DNA of 64,000 nt from a virus, in the IMG/VR virus record IMGVR_UViG_3300028178_000001, positions 28,108-92,107 of that record. The stretch is one strand, 5' to 3'. The position numbers and the translations under genes were made by a program. Positions within the stretch are counted from its first letter, which is position 1. Each line of letters starts with the position of its first letter. A model generated the notes under the pieces. That model saw only the letters and a list, made by a program, of their open reading frames with translations, was not told where the DNA came from and searched no databases. Shown here piece by piece: positions 9,535-18,967 of the stretch.

Positions 9535-9796
9535 CGTATCAGATGCAGTTATAGGACATTTTTGGGAGGAACCGCCGGAAGATAGTTGGGAGTTTTGGGC
9601 TTTTGTTTGGCCGGTTAAGGCAAAAGTAGGAGACACAATATACTTCTACCACGATAAAAAGCTAATTGCGCAAGCAGTGATAGCAAAGATTGAGAAGCCC
9701 GGAGAAAGTGAATGCGAAGCAACCGGCAATTACCGGAACCGATGGAAGGTTTATTGGCGTCAAGAGAGTTTCGTCTGTTTAATATCTAAAAATTAA
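9515..9796 (+). CDS. hypothetical protein (possibly PUA/EVE-like)
   Basis: GAGGAG upstream; W-rich N-terminus and KVGDTIYFY motif. Confidence 0.55.
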   Translation: MQTMKINVSDAVIGHFWEEPPEDSWEFWAFVWPVKAKVGDTIYFYHDKKLIAQAVIAKIEKPGESECEATGNYRNRWKVYWRQESFVCLISKN

Positions 9797-9846
9797 AGAC
9801 AAAAAAATAATTTGGATAATATAAAAAAACATATTAATTTTCCGCC

Positions 9847-10010
9847 GTCTAAAATTACGAACGGTAAACCCGCTCCGTCAACGCGGTACTTTTATTTTAA
9901 AGTACAGAGCGATTTAATTTCAAGCCAAGACTCCGCTTTTCGTGAGAGAGCGGGTATCTTTCGTAGATATAGACAAGTCTTGGCGTTTTTTATTTGTCTA
10001 AAATTACGAA
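9847..10010 (+). ncRNA. C4-antisense-like structured RNA/leader, copy A
   Basis: Stem GCCAAGACT(9924)/AGTCTTGGC(9984) encloses GAGCGGGT and TTCGTAGATATAGAC, complementary to ACCCGCTC (9868) and GTCTAAAATTACGAA (9847, 9996). Confidence 0.7.
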
Positions 10011-10018
10011 GGTTCACC

Positions 10019-10363
10019 ATGAACTCAACCCAACAAAACCCACTATTTGCGATCCGCAAAAAACCCGATCAGTCCTTCGCTTGTGTCCTTTCAGAAAAAC
10101 TTGATGTGCTTGCAGTTGTTGTTAAGTGCATCGCCGACACCAACAATTACAACTTGGAGAAGCTTAATCATAGTCGTCTTCCCCGCGCTCTTGAGTATGC
10201 GTTCGAGGATTTTAATGAAGTGTTTGAGCTTTATCACTACGAGAACTTTGAGCTAAATATTCCTACGGAGAAGAAGCTGCTGGAGTTATCGGAGAAGCTA
10301 AACGAAACGCCATACAATATTATTGAGAAGATGCTGAAAGGGGTGCAAGATGAATCCAATTAA
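10019..10363 (+). CDS. hypothetical protein under C4-like control (paralog of 57946-58284)
   Basis: QNPLF..RKKPDQS..LSEKL..YENFE..IP.EKKL.ELSEKL..IEKMLK shared with the second copy. Confidence 0.7.
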   Translation: MNSTQQNPLFAIRKKPDQSFACVLSEKLDVLAVVVKCIADTNNYNLEKLNHSRLPRALEYAFEDFNEVFELYHYENFELNIPTEKKLLELSEKLNETPYNIIEKMLKGVQDESN

Positions 10364-11006
10364 TATAAAGATTGGGGATCGGTTTGGAAGGTTGGTGGTT
10401 ACAGGAGAAGCTGACCGACACATAACCAGTACAGGCCAAATTAAAAGAATAATTAGATGCCAATGTGATTGTGGTAGGGATACGAAAGTATTTCTTTCGG
10501 CTTTAAGGAATAGTAAAATACCTACTAATAGTTGTGGGTGTTTACAAGCTGAGCGTGCAAAAAATGCTAATACACAACACGGATTAAGCCAACATTCTTT
10601 ATATGGGAAGTTAGAGGGGATGAAAAAACGATGTTATAATCCAAAAGTAAGTGGATACCACCGTTATGGTGGACGCGGAATAAAGATATGCGAAGAATGG
10701 CTGAATAATTTTATGTCATTTTATAATTGGGCGATGGCTAATGGATGGAAAGAGGGTTTACAAATAGATCGAATAAATAATGACGGCAACTATGAACCAA
10801 ATAATTGTAGATTTGTGACTTCAGCAGTGAACAATCGTAATCAAAGTACGACAAAACTAACGTGGGATGATGTTAATGAAATACGTAACACTAAGCTTCT
10901 AAACCCAAAAATTAAAATAAATGAATTAGCCGCAAGTTTCGGGATAAAAAAAACTACGGTTTCAAAAATATTAAACAACAAAATTTGGCAAATAAGATTA
11001 AAATAA
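10350..11006 (+). CDS. HNH-type homing endonuclease-like protein with C-terminal HTH
   Basis: Same motifs as 3740-4387 (CQCDCG, SCGC, YGGRGI, IDRINNDGNYEPNNCRFVT). Confidence 0.8.
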   Translation: MNPINIKIGDRFGRLVVTGEADRHITSTGQIKRIIRCQCDCGRDTKVFLSALRNSKIPTNSCGCLQAERAKNANTQHGLSQHSLYGKLEGMKKRCYNPKVSGYHRYGGRGIKICEEWLNNFMSFYNWAMANGWKEGLQIDRINNDGNYEPNNCRFVTSAVNNRNQSTTKLTWDDVNEIRNTKLLNPKIKINELAASFGIKKTTVSKILNNKIWQIRLK

Positions 11007-11024
11007 ATTCAAAGGAGAAATAGT

Positions 11025-11495
11025 ATGCCGTTAATTGAGGTTACGGAAAAACAATTTGAGTTCTTAAAGAACTTACAAAATGAGATAAACACACAGGACA
11101 ATAGGGCAACCGCAAAACCTTATTTCTTCCAGGTAAAAAAGACCGACAGGGTTTATGGAGAGAGTTTGTGCCAATCGGGTGGATTTGGATATGTCGAAAA
11201 GGATGAGAGCCAATTTTATGACGAGATACCCGATAAGGAAGAAGCCGGATATGAGGATATGGGTGATGACGAATATCAAGATCGATTTGAAAGAACGGAA
11301 TTTCAAGAAATAGTTAGTTACGATAATTGTTTTTTTACGGAGAAAGCTTGTTTGCGGCACATTGAAGCGAACAAACACCATTATGCAAATGAAAAACCTA
11401 TCAGGCTAACATATTTGAACGCAGCTTGGAGAAATCCGGAGATGGAAATGATGTTTGAGTTTATTTTGTCAGTAAAATTTAACGAAGAGGCTTAA
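11025..11495 (+). CDS. conserved phage hypothetical protein
   Basis: AAGGAG RBS; TQDNRATAKP..FFTEKAC..HI..N.HHY..RNPEM. Confidence 0.65.
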   Translation: MPLIEVTEKQFEFLKNLQNEINTQDNRATAKPYFFQVKKTDRVYGESLCQSGGFGYVEKDESQFYDEIPDKEEAGYEDMGDDEYQDRFERTEFQEIVSYDNCFFTEKACLRHIEANKHHYANEKPIRLTYLNAAWRNPEMEMMFEFILSVKFNEEA

Positions 11496-11496
11496 A

Positions 11497-11871
11497 ATGG
11501 AAATAGAAATAAATCCAGAAGAAACAGAAAAGGGGCCGGTTGGATTTATAGGCCTTAAAGCACATGTTAATGTATTTCGAGTTGAACCAATTAAAACAAA
11601 GAGGAAAAATATGATTGCATGGATTATAGAACTTTTGGAGGAAAGAAGGAAAAAGAGAGATCTTCTCTTCCATTCAGCGAATGTAATTGTTGAAAAGAAA
11701 ATGACATTTACACAGGCAATTGATCAATTGATCTCGAGTAAGATTAAATACGGGATAGAGATACAGAACGGCGAACGGAAACTTGAACTATACACCGGTT
11801 TAGGGCGCGGTTCGTTTCTTTGGAATGAAGGGGGCGCGGTGTTGGTCCATTACCAGGTAAAATTAAATTAA
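11497..11871 (+). CDS. hypothetical protein
   Basis: Operonic ORF, GAGG upstream. Confidence 0.55.
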   Translation: MEIEINPEETEKGPVGFIGLKAHVNVFRVEPIKTKRKNMIAWIIELLEERRKKRDLLFHSANVIVEKKMTFTQAIDQLISSKIKYGIEIQNGERKLELYTGLGRGSFLWNEGGAVLVHYQVKLN

Positions 11872-11885
11872 CGAAAGCAAACATT

Positions 11886-12905
11886 ATGGCACGCCCAACA
11901 AAAGTAGGGATAAGTTATTTCCCGTATAACGTTGACTTTTATGAAGATGAGAAAACTGAATTTATTCCGGCTAAGTACGGATTGATCGGTGAGGCAATTA
12001 CAGCAAGATTGTTAGAGCGTATTTATCGGAATGGGTATTTAACAAAATGGGATGAAGACGTTAAGATTTTGTTTGTAAGCAAATTGAGAGCGCCGGATTG
12101 TGATAATTTGAGTGAAATTGTTGACGGGGTTGTAACTGAATTATTGAAAAGAGATTTTTTTAGTAAAAAATTGTTTGACAAATACAAGGTTTTAACCGGC
12201 AGAGGGATACAAAAGAGGTATCTTAAAATTTGCGCCGATGCAAAGCGAAAACATAGTGTGATCGGTCAAGAATATAATTTGATAGATGAAGATGAAACCC
12301 CGAAAGTTGAAACTTTAGAGTTATTTACGGAGGAAACCCCTATTGCCGCCGGAGTAATACCAGAGAAAACCCCTATTAACACGGAGAAAGCACCGGAGTT
12401 TAGTACACAAAGTAAAGTAAATAAAACTATACAAAACAAAAGTAAAGAAGAGGAAACAAAAACAGAAGAAACTCCTTACTTTTTTACGTTTTCAAATTTT
12501 AACGATCCTTACTTTTTACAAACCGCGCTGATTGACATGGTAAAGTATTATTGTGAATTGGGAATAACAAAATCGGTAAGAACGAGGCTTTTTAATATTT
12601 TTTTTCAGAGTGTACTCCCGAAAGACCGATGTTATAAAATCGCACTCAACGTTTTTATTGAGTACAAAGGTTTTACGGCAGAACAGAAAAACTTCCGGTA
12701 TTTATTTTCAAGAATTGAGGGAAAAATAAAGGATGCAATAATTATTTACCGTGAGGAATTAGCCCAAAACGATAAGGATAAAGAAAAAATTGAGGCGGAA
12801 ACGGTGTTGCACGATAACGGCAAAGGACCACCAGGAGAAGAAAACTTTCAATCGATTCTTAAGGAAATTATTAATTCAAAAAGCATAGCGGAGAAAAAAG
12901 TATGA
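11886..12905 (+). CDS. DUF4373/Lin1244-type replication initiator-like protein
   Basis: MARPTKVGISYFP..DF..D.K..LLERIYRNGY..LF...VLT.RGIQKRY, low-complexity linker, C-terminal domain. Confidence 0.75.
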   Translation: MARPTKVGISYFPYNVDFYEDEKTEFIPAKYGLIGEAITARLLERIYRNGYLTKWDEDVKILFVSKLRAPDCDNLSEIVDGVVTELLKRDFFSKKLFDKYKVLTGRGIQKRYLKICADAKRKHSVIGQEYNLIDEDETPKVETLELFTEETPIAAGVIPEKTPINTEKAPEFSTQSKVNKTIQNKSKEEETKTEETPYFFTFSNFNDPYFLQTALIDMVKYYCELGITKSVRTRLFNIFFQSVLPKDRCYKIALNVFIEYKGFTAEQKNFRYLFSRIEGKIKDAIIIYREELAQNDKDKEKIEAETVLHDNGKGPPGEENFQSILKEIINSKSIAEKKV

Positions 12906-13705
12906 GCTTAGAAAAAGTTTTTGACAGGAAAAAAGTGAAAGAGGAAGCAGGGAGAATATCTCTAAAACTTGGGGAAATGCAAGGGATGTTTCACGATTAC
13001 GGAATACGTGTGTTTAACACAGAAACGAATGAACTTGAAATTGCAACCTTGCATACAGCAACAACCGCTGATTTGTTGAGTGTGATTAAATATTATGAGG
13101 ATAAAATAGGTGAAGAAACTAAAGATTTACAAGAACTGGTTAAGCAAAGGAAAGAAGAATTATTTGCTATATCGGAAAAACTTAAAGCTCAGACGAAACC
13201 ATTTGAATATATAATGATTCAATGGAGATACATTGAGCAATCCTTGATTGATTTCTTTGGATTTGGTCAACATAAAGTAGAATCAAATTCATCCACTCAA
13301 TTAATTGAGGAGAACAGACCTACGGCGTTCGCATTATTGGTGGATAGATGGGAAAATGAAGAAATATCTGCCGTTGAATTGGCGCACGAAGCCCTCCAAC
13401 TCGGTAAACGGCAAAACAAGATCGCCGGGATTATTTGGGAGAAGCGTTACAGCATAACTGAAGCTGATGATAAGTTCGGACGCTGGATGAGGATTGGGAG
13501 GATAAACGATATGACAGTAGCCATAATAACCAAAGTAGAATCTGTTGGGAAAATTAAGTTTGTAGTAAAGCTCCCCAACATTAAGGGGGATGAGACCTTG
13601 CAAAACAATCTTCTTGTGGATAGCGAAGATGAAGCGATGATTGAAGCCGGAGAGTACATCCGCGGGTATGCTGATAATTTTAGAAAAATGGAAGTAAACA
13701 ATTGA
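12902..13705 (+). CDS. hypothetical protein
   Basis: 267 aa ORF, ATGA-coupled to upstream gene. Confidence 0.65.
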   Translation: MSLEKVFDRKKVKEEAGRISLKLGEMQGMFHDYGIRVFNTETNELEIATLHTATTADLLSVIKYYEDKIGEETKDLQELVKQRKEELFAISEKLKAQTKPFEYIMIQWRYIEQSLIDFFGFGQHKVESNSSTQLIEENRPTAFALLVDRWENEEISAVELAHEALQLGKRQNKIAGIIWEKRYSITEADDKFGRWMRIGRINDMTVAIITKVESVGKIKFVVKLPNIKGDETLQNNLLVDSEDEAMIEAGEYIRGYADNFRKMEVNN

Positions 13706-13712
13706 GGCAGAA

Positions 13713-14171
13713 ATGGCAAAAACAATTAAAAATAAATTCGGTACTTTTATTGAGGAGCATAAATGTTCGGGGAATTGCTGTAGATTCTTTTTTATAGGAG
13801 GAGAGACGAAAGAAGGGATAACTGAAAGGATTAAAAGCGGGAAATATTCTAAGAGAGATAGACAAATCCCGGATATGTTAATTCCGTTAACATTCGAAGA
13901 AGCGAACAAAAGAGACTTATTATTTGGTAGCGGAGAATTCCAAATGAAAACGGAAGAGGAGTATAAAAACAATGCTTTCACTTGCAAGAATCTTGATGAT
14001 GAGAATGGTAAGTGTCTCATATATAAAGACCGACCGGATATGTGTAGAACGTATCCATATTGCAGAGGAGGGGAAGGGTGTGAATATAAGAATTGCACTT
14101 TGAAATTTATAAATAGTACAGCCCCCATAACAACAGTAGGGGGGGATAAACAACTAGTGATTAAAAAATAG
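13713..14171 (+). CDS. YkgJ-family Cys-cluster (Zn/Fe-chelating) protein
   Basis: CSGNCC..C.NL....GKCLIYKDRPDMCRTYP. Confidence 0.8.
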   Translation: MAKTIKNKFGTFIEEHKCSGNCCRFFFIGGETKEGITERIKSGKYSKRDRQIPDMLIPLTFEEANKRDLLFGSGEFQMKTEEEYKNNAFTCKNLDDENGKCLIYKDRPDMCRTYPYCRGGEGCEYKNCTLKFINSTAPITTVGGDKQLVIKK

Positions 14172-14243
14172 TTTTTGTAAAATTAAATAAAATGGAATAA
14201 GTTAACACATGAGATTTTTATTTAAATAACATCGGAGCCAAGC

Positions 14244-14576
14244 ATGGAGAAGAGGACAAGAGTTAAGCCGCGATTTGATCTTGAGGAAGTGAAAAAAATA
14301 TTTGAAGAATTATCAACGAACAAAAGTAAAAGCGAAGGGGAAACAGTAACAAAGATAGTTACGAGGTGGAGACGCGGGGAGTTGAAACGGATAGAAGTTA
14401 ACGGTGAGGACGCAGGAGTCACAAGGCGTCACCAATACGAGACAAAACTTATCCGAGCATTATTAATGAGCGGGAGATACCGTCCAAATTTTACCGGTAA
14501 ACTTGAGTTCGAAGTAAAACTAATAGAGGGAGAGGTAAAGAAACTCCATTACTCAATAAGCAATTTTATTTTTTAG
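14244..14576 (+). CDS. hypothetical protein
   Basis: GGAG upstream, 110 aa. Confidence 0.6.
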   Translation: MEKRTRVKPRFDLEEVKKIFEELSTNKSKSEGETVTKIVTRWRRGELKRIEVNGEDAGVTRRHQYETKLIRALLMSGRYRPNFTGKLEFEVKLIEGEVKKLHYSISNFIF

Positions 14577-14592
14577 CAAAGGAGAAGAGATC

Positions 14593-15012
14593 ATGTCATT
14601 TACAGCAAATAAGGTAATACTTTTAGGGACGATGGGGAGAGACGCAGAGACGAGAGCCGTGGCCCAAAGTACCGTTTCATCATTTAGTGTAGCAACGGAA
14701 AGAAGTTGGAAGGACAAAGCGGGGAATTGGATTAAGGAAACGGACTGGCATAATATTGTTGTTTGGAACCCTTCGGAATATTTAAAGGAACGGTTAAAGA
14801 AAGGGGCAAAGGTTTTTATTGAGGGAGAAATGAGGACGGATTGTTTCGAAAAAGATAATGTAAAACAGTACCGGACGAAAGTTGTAGCAAGCAAAATTAT
14901 CCCACTTGGCGCGAACGAAGCGCGCGGCGAGAGCAGCGAGCAAAGTAACCAGGGAGATCAGCAAGGAGAAGCGCCGCCGAATGGTGAGGCTGAAGAAGAT
15001 CTGCCATTTTAA
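14593..15012 (+). CDS. ssb: single-stranded DNA-binding protein
   Basis: NKVILLG..GRDAE..FSVAT..W..TDWHNIVVW..KG..V.IEG; acidic tail ending EDLPF. Confidence 0.95.
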   Translation: MSFTANKVILLGTMGRDAETRAVAQSTVSSFSVATERSWKDKAGNWIKETDWHNIVVWNPSEYLKERLKKGAKVFIEGEMRTDCFEKDNVKQYRTKVVASKIIPLGANEARGESSEQSNQGDQQGEAPPNGEAEEDLPF

Positions 15013-15033
15013 GAGAAAAATAGCAAAACACAA

Positions 15034-15048
15034 TCCGCCAGAGGCGGA
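15034..15048. repeat. short palindrome TCCGCCAGAGGCGGA (second copy 24826-24840)
   Basis: Identical 15-bp hairpin in two intergenic regions. Confidence 0.6.
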
Positions 15049-15078
15049 GTAAACACAATAAACACAAAGGAACGTACT

Positions 15079-15924
15079 ATGAAAAAGTTATTCATTTCAA
15101 TTTTGGCATTTATTTTCTCACCGATAATAAGCGCAATAAAGGAGATTGGGGACAAAATAATCAAAATGAATAGGGAATCATTATTTGAGTTGTCTGCATC
15201 CGTTGAAGGAGAGATAAATAAATTTGGGGAGAAGGTGGAACAGCGACAATTAGATGGGAATTATTTCTTAGGAGGGAAAGCAAAAACGGATGATAGTGAT
15301 GAAGAATTGGGGATTATTCAGATCCTCTCAAATATAGTTCAACAGCTTAACCACATCGGGAAGAAAGCGGCAATGCCGTTAATATTTACAGCTAAAGGGG
15401 TTGTTGTTAATGTTTTACAATGCAAGAAGATCATGTTTGAATGCTATTGGGATAACATTAACACTTTGAGATTTCATCTAATGGTTGACGGGATAAATTC
15501 AGACACGTTTGAATATAACTTAGAAAAGATTTCGCTTGACCCGGCATTTGATAAGTCACCGGATAAACCGGTATTTGATTTCGCGCGGATATTCTTAAAG
15601 AAACATACTACGCTTACAAATGGGAGAAAGAATATTAGTATCATAGATCACATTGCAACAAATGCAAGCAAGTTACTTATTAGCTTCGTACCGCAAAGAG
15701 ACATCACCTACCATACTGAGCTTGATATGATTTGTTTTAGATCAATCATTTCAGCAGTGACACCATTTTACGAAAAGGATAAAGCCCAAACTGCAGCAGA
15801 ACAACCAAAAGAAGAGCAGAACAGCGAAGGGAAAACAGAACAGACTAACATTTTCCCCTTAAATGATGCGGGTAGAACAGATGTTGCAGAACAGTCCGAA
15901 AAATCAGAACAAAAAGAACAATAA
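15079..15924 (+). CDS. hypothetical protein with hydrophobic N-terminus
   Basis: 281 aa; MKKLFISILAFIFSPIISA. Confidence 0.6.
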   Translation: MKKLFISILAFIFSPIISAIKEIGDKIIKMNRESLFELSASVEGEINKFGEKVEQRQLDGNYFLGGKAKTDDSDEELGIIQILSNIVQQLNHIGKKAAMPLIFTAKGVVVNVLQCKKIMFECYWDNINTLRFHLMVDGINSDTFEYNLEKISLDPAFDKSPDKPVFDFARIFLKKHTTLTNGRKNISIIDHIATNASKLLISFVPQRDITYHTELDMICFRSIISAVTPFYEKDKAQTAAEQPKEEQNSEGKTEQTNIFPLNDAGRTDVAEQSEKSEQKEQ

Positions 15925-15940
15925 ATAAGAACGAACTATA

Positions 15941-16717
15941 ATGCGGACAAAAGAATTCGACCAAGAGATAGTTGAGCTTATAAAGAAAAACGTTCCGTTT
16001 CGGGAAATAATGGTGAAATACGGCTTCAAGAGCACTTCAAAAATTGCACGGATAAAAGCCGAGTACATTGATGAGCCGAAAGGGAAAAAGACGCGCAAAG
16101 CCCGACCGATGAAGCAAGCGCACAAAAACAAACTTAGCGTTACCGCCAATGCTATTGCCATAACTAAGAAGAGCGAGATAATTGTAAACAACGTAATTGA
16201 TATCCTTGCGGGGATGAAGTACAGTGTTTACAATCTTGAAAGCATACAAGGTGAGCAGAAAGAGAAAAGTGAGAAAGTTGTAGGAGAGTTAGAAGAGCTA
16301 AATAAAAAGGTAGATCAATTCTTGGATGCAAGCACGGAGGTGAGTACCGAAGCCGGAATGATTGAATTGCAGAAAGAAAAGGATGCGCTTTATAAACGGA
16401 TAGGGCTTGCAATAGCTGAGGCGGGGAACTTTTACGCAAGGGATAATTTGAGGATAAAAGCGATAGCAGAGTTAAGGAATCAGTTTAAGGCATTTGTTGA
16501 GTTGGAGATTGTAGCAAAGGGGTTGACGCAAGTGAAGGAAGTCTTAGACACACTATTTACAGCAATGAAAATATTATCAGATAAAACTTATGTTGAATAT
16601 CGAACAAGAGCAATCGAAATTAACCCAGTGGTTAGAGGATTATTCGCCAAGAACGAAGAGACCCTGGAAGAAACGATTGACAGCGCAGAAATACTCAATA
16701 GCGATCCAGACGAGTAA
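15941..16717 (+). CDS. putative terminase small subunit
   Basis: N-terminal HTH-like segment plus helical body, immediately upstream of TerL; assignment mainly positional. Confidence 0.5.
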   Translation: MRTKEFDQEIVELIKKNVPFREIMVKYGFKSTSKIARIKAEYIDEPKGKKTRKARPMKQAHKNKLSVTANAIAITKKSEIIVNNVIDILAGMKYSVYNLESIQGEQKEKSEKVVGELEELNKKVDQFLDASTEVSTEAGMIELQKEKDALYKRIGLAIAEAGNFYARDNLRIKAIAELRNQFKAFVELEIVAKGLTQVKEVLDTLFTAMKILSDKTYVEYRTRAIEINPVVRGLFAKNEETLEETIDSAEILNSDPDE

Positions 16718-18614
16718 GAACGCAATATACCGGCGCGATGTTGGTGAGGTTGCGGACGTACTTTCTTTTCTAAGAGAATTTCTTGGAAGAGAACCGGGCA
16801 AACTTCAGCGAGAGGCTTATCTTGCTGTTTGGGGCGATGATCCGGCAATTTGGGATAAGAAGTTTCATGAAATAGTGTTGCTTGTTGGAATGAAGGGAGG
16901 GAAAAACTATTGGGCTGAGGGTGATATTGCTTACGCAACTTATAGGATAAGCTGTTTAGAAAATCCGCATGAATATTTTGGTAAAGTAACGGGTTCACTT
17001 GTCCCTTATCCTCCGGAAAAAACGTTTGATCTCGTAAACGTTAGCATGGTAAACGAGTTGCAAGCAAAGCGAGCGTTCTTTGAAAGTGTGAAAAACGTAT
17101 TGAAGCTAACAAAAGACCCGAAGACGGGAGATAATTGGTTTGAGAGATACGCCGGGCTGGACCTTCGGGAACAGTTTGGAGATCTGAAGAAGAAAGAAAT
17201 TATTTTCCCGGTAAAGAAGAGCGGCGGCGGAAGCATAAGGCTTTTATCCTTTAACAGCAGCAAGCAAGCGCCGGAAGGGATTCACATGCTCAGGGGGTAT
17301 GCGGACGAACTTTCCCGGGCTGAAACAAAGGTAACTTACGCGCAGGCGGAAGGATTGCTGGAACTTCTTTTAGGCAATACAAAGGCGAGTTTCCCGGGCA
17401 ACATAGGGAAAACAATGGAATGGGCTTATCCGAATGAAACAGATTTTGATCTAACAAACTACAGGTTTGAGTTATCGCAAGAACTTGACGAACAAGGGAA
17501 GTTAAAGAATCCCGACATGTACGGAATGAAAGCCACAACCTGGGATTTTAACCCGGCAAGAACGGAAGCGATGTTTGAAAAGGAATTTAGGACAAATCCA
17601 TTACGTGCCAATTGCCGGTTCGGTTGTGTAAAGCCGATAAGCAAGGACAACTTTTACCAGCCTTACAGCTTTAAGTTGAAAGAAGCGGTTGATCCGGCGA
17701 TAAAGAACAAGATACACTACAAGCAAACCAAAGTGTATCGAAAATTAGAGAACGGACAAACAAAAACAGTTTCAAGTATTGAGGTAATAAATATCGTAGG
17801 AGACAAGAGGGAGAGATGTTTAGCATACGACGCGGGTAAAACAAAGGATAGGTTTATTGTGGGCGTTGGTTACGGCGAAACGATTGATGTAAAAAGGATG
17901 GAGTTGTTTCTAGATGCAGAGACAGAAGTTATTCTTACCAACAAAAAACCGATTGTAGATGTGCTTGTTGTTATTGAACCATCTCCCGGTTGTCCGGTTG
18001 ATTATTTGAAGATAGGCGATATCCTTTCGATATTTTTAAAAGCATTCCCAAACATAAAAACGGCGAACAGTGATCACTTCCAGAATGAAAAGCTTAGGCA
18101 GGAACTTGAGGCGAAAGGGAAGGACGCGAACACTTATAATTTTAGCAACAAACAGCAAGTGAAGCTTTACGAAATGGTAAGGTGGAACGTTTGGAACAAC
18201 AACCTTGCAATTTGCGATGACACGGAAGAAACACACAAGCTGCAAATATTGATGAAGAAAATCTCTCCTTCCGGTTTGTGGGTGAGCGAGGGGGAGAAGT
18301 TATTAAACCTTGGAAATAAAATTGATCATCCGGTTTCTTCCAGCAAAGATGTGCAGGACGTTGTAGCAATATTAAACCACGATATTATGGCGCTTGAAAC
18401 GCAAGGAGTAGCAGGCATGGCAGATGGAATTGACGGATTAAGCGAAGCAAAGCTAAGGGAACTTGCAGAGCAGTTTATGAATATTAAGAGCGACTTGTTA
18501 AGGGAAGAGGTTAGCCCGGACAAGATGCTGAAGATGATAGCGGAAAAGATGAATCTTGATTTGCGGCGAACGGTAAAGTTAGCCGAGTATGTAAGGGAAA
18601 TTTATGATTATTAA
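16590..18614 (+). CDS. terminase large subunit (start uncertain)
   Basis: Walker A-like LVGMKGGKN, Walker B GYADE, TWDFNP, RNase-H-like LAYDAG..D, KIDHP..SKDV.D. Confidence 0.78.
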   Translation: MLNIEQEQSKLTQWLEDYSPRTKRPWKKRLTAQKYSIAIQTSKNAIYRRDVGEVADVLSFLREFLGREPGKLQREAYLAVWGDDPAIWDKKFHEIVLLVGMKGGKNYWAEGDIAYATYRISCLENPHEYFGKVTGSLVPYPPEKTFDLVNVSMVNELQAKRAFFESVKNVLKLTKDPKTGDNWFERYAGLDLREQFGDLKKKEIIFPVKKSGGGSIRLLSFNSSKQAPEGIHMLRGYADELSRAETKVTYAQAEGLLELLLGNTKASFPGNIGKTMEWAYPNETDFDLTNYRFELSQELDEQGKLKNPDMYGMKATTWDFNPARTEAMFEKEFRTNPLRANCRFGCVKPISKDNFYQPYSFKLKEAVDPAIKNKIHYKQTKVYRKLENGQTKTVSSIEVINIVGDKRERCLAYDAGKTKDRFIVGVGYGETIDVKRMELFLDAETEVILTNKKPIVDVLVVIEPSPGCPVDYLKIGDILSIFLKAFPNIKTANSDHFQNEKLRQELEAKGKDANTYNFSNKQQVKLYEMVRWNVWNNNLAICDDTEETHKLQILMKKISPSGLWVSEGEKLLNLGNKIDHPVSSSKDVQDVVAILNHDIMALETQGVAGMADGIDGLSEAKLRELAEQFMNIKSDLLREEVSPDKMLKMIAEKMNLDLRRTVKLAEYVREIYDY

Positions 18615-18942
18615 CGGGCAAGTTAAGATGAGAGAAAAGCGGATTTGTGAATATCCGCCGTGTAATAACGAGGTAACATCTCCAAACAAAGCGGTAACAC
18701 ATTGTTGTTGTGAATGCGGGTGCGCGGACAGGTTGTTGAAGGTGAAGAACTGTAAACAATGCGGAGGGGAAATTGATAGGAAGGGATTTATCTGCAAAAA
18801 GTGTTTTAGAGAAAATGACGAAGCGCAGCATAAAAAGGATAATGCTAAAAGAGAGGGGAGAAAGAAATCTAATTTTGAGAAGAAGTATGAAATCCCCTTA
18901 CGGCATGACATAGTTGCGTTAGCGTATGGGTGGGTACAATAA
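18604..18942 (+). CDS. Cys-rich zinc-binding hypothetical protein
   Basis: CEYPPC, CCCECGC, CKQC, CKKC. Confidence 0.6.
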   Translation: MIINGQVKMREKRICEYPPCNNEVTSPNKAVTHCCCECGCADRLLKVKNCKQCGGEIDRKGFICKKCFRENDEAQHKKDNAKREGRKKSNFEKKYEIPLRHDIVALAYGWVQ

Positions 18943-18967
18943 TAAATAACAAAAGGAGTTCTAGATT

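Noticed and set aside
9812-10018. N-terminal extensions of ORFs 9812-10363 and 57811-58284
   Set aside because: They run through the structured antisense leader; protein similarity and RBS/target position point to ATG 10019 and 57946
16590-16717. Programmed TerS-TerL fusion suggested by the 128-bp overlap
   Set aside because: No slippery site seen; a later TTG start near 16677 explains it more simply
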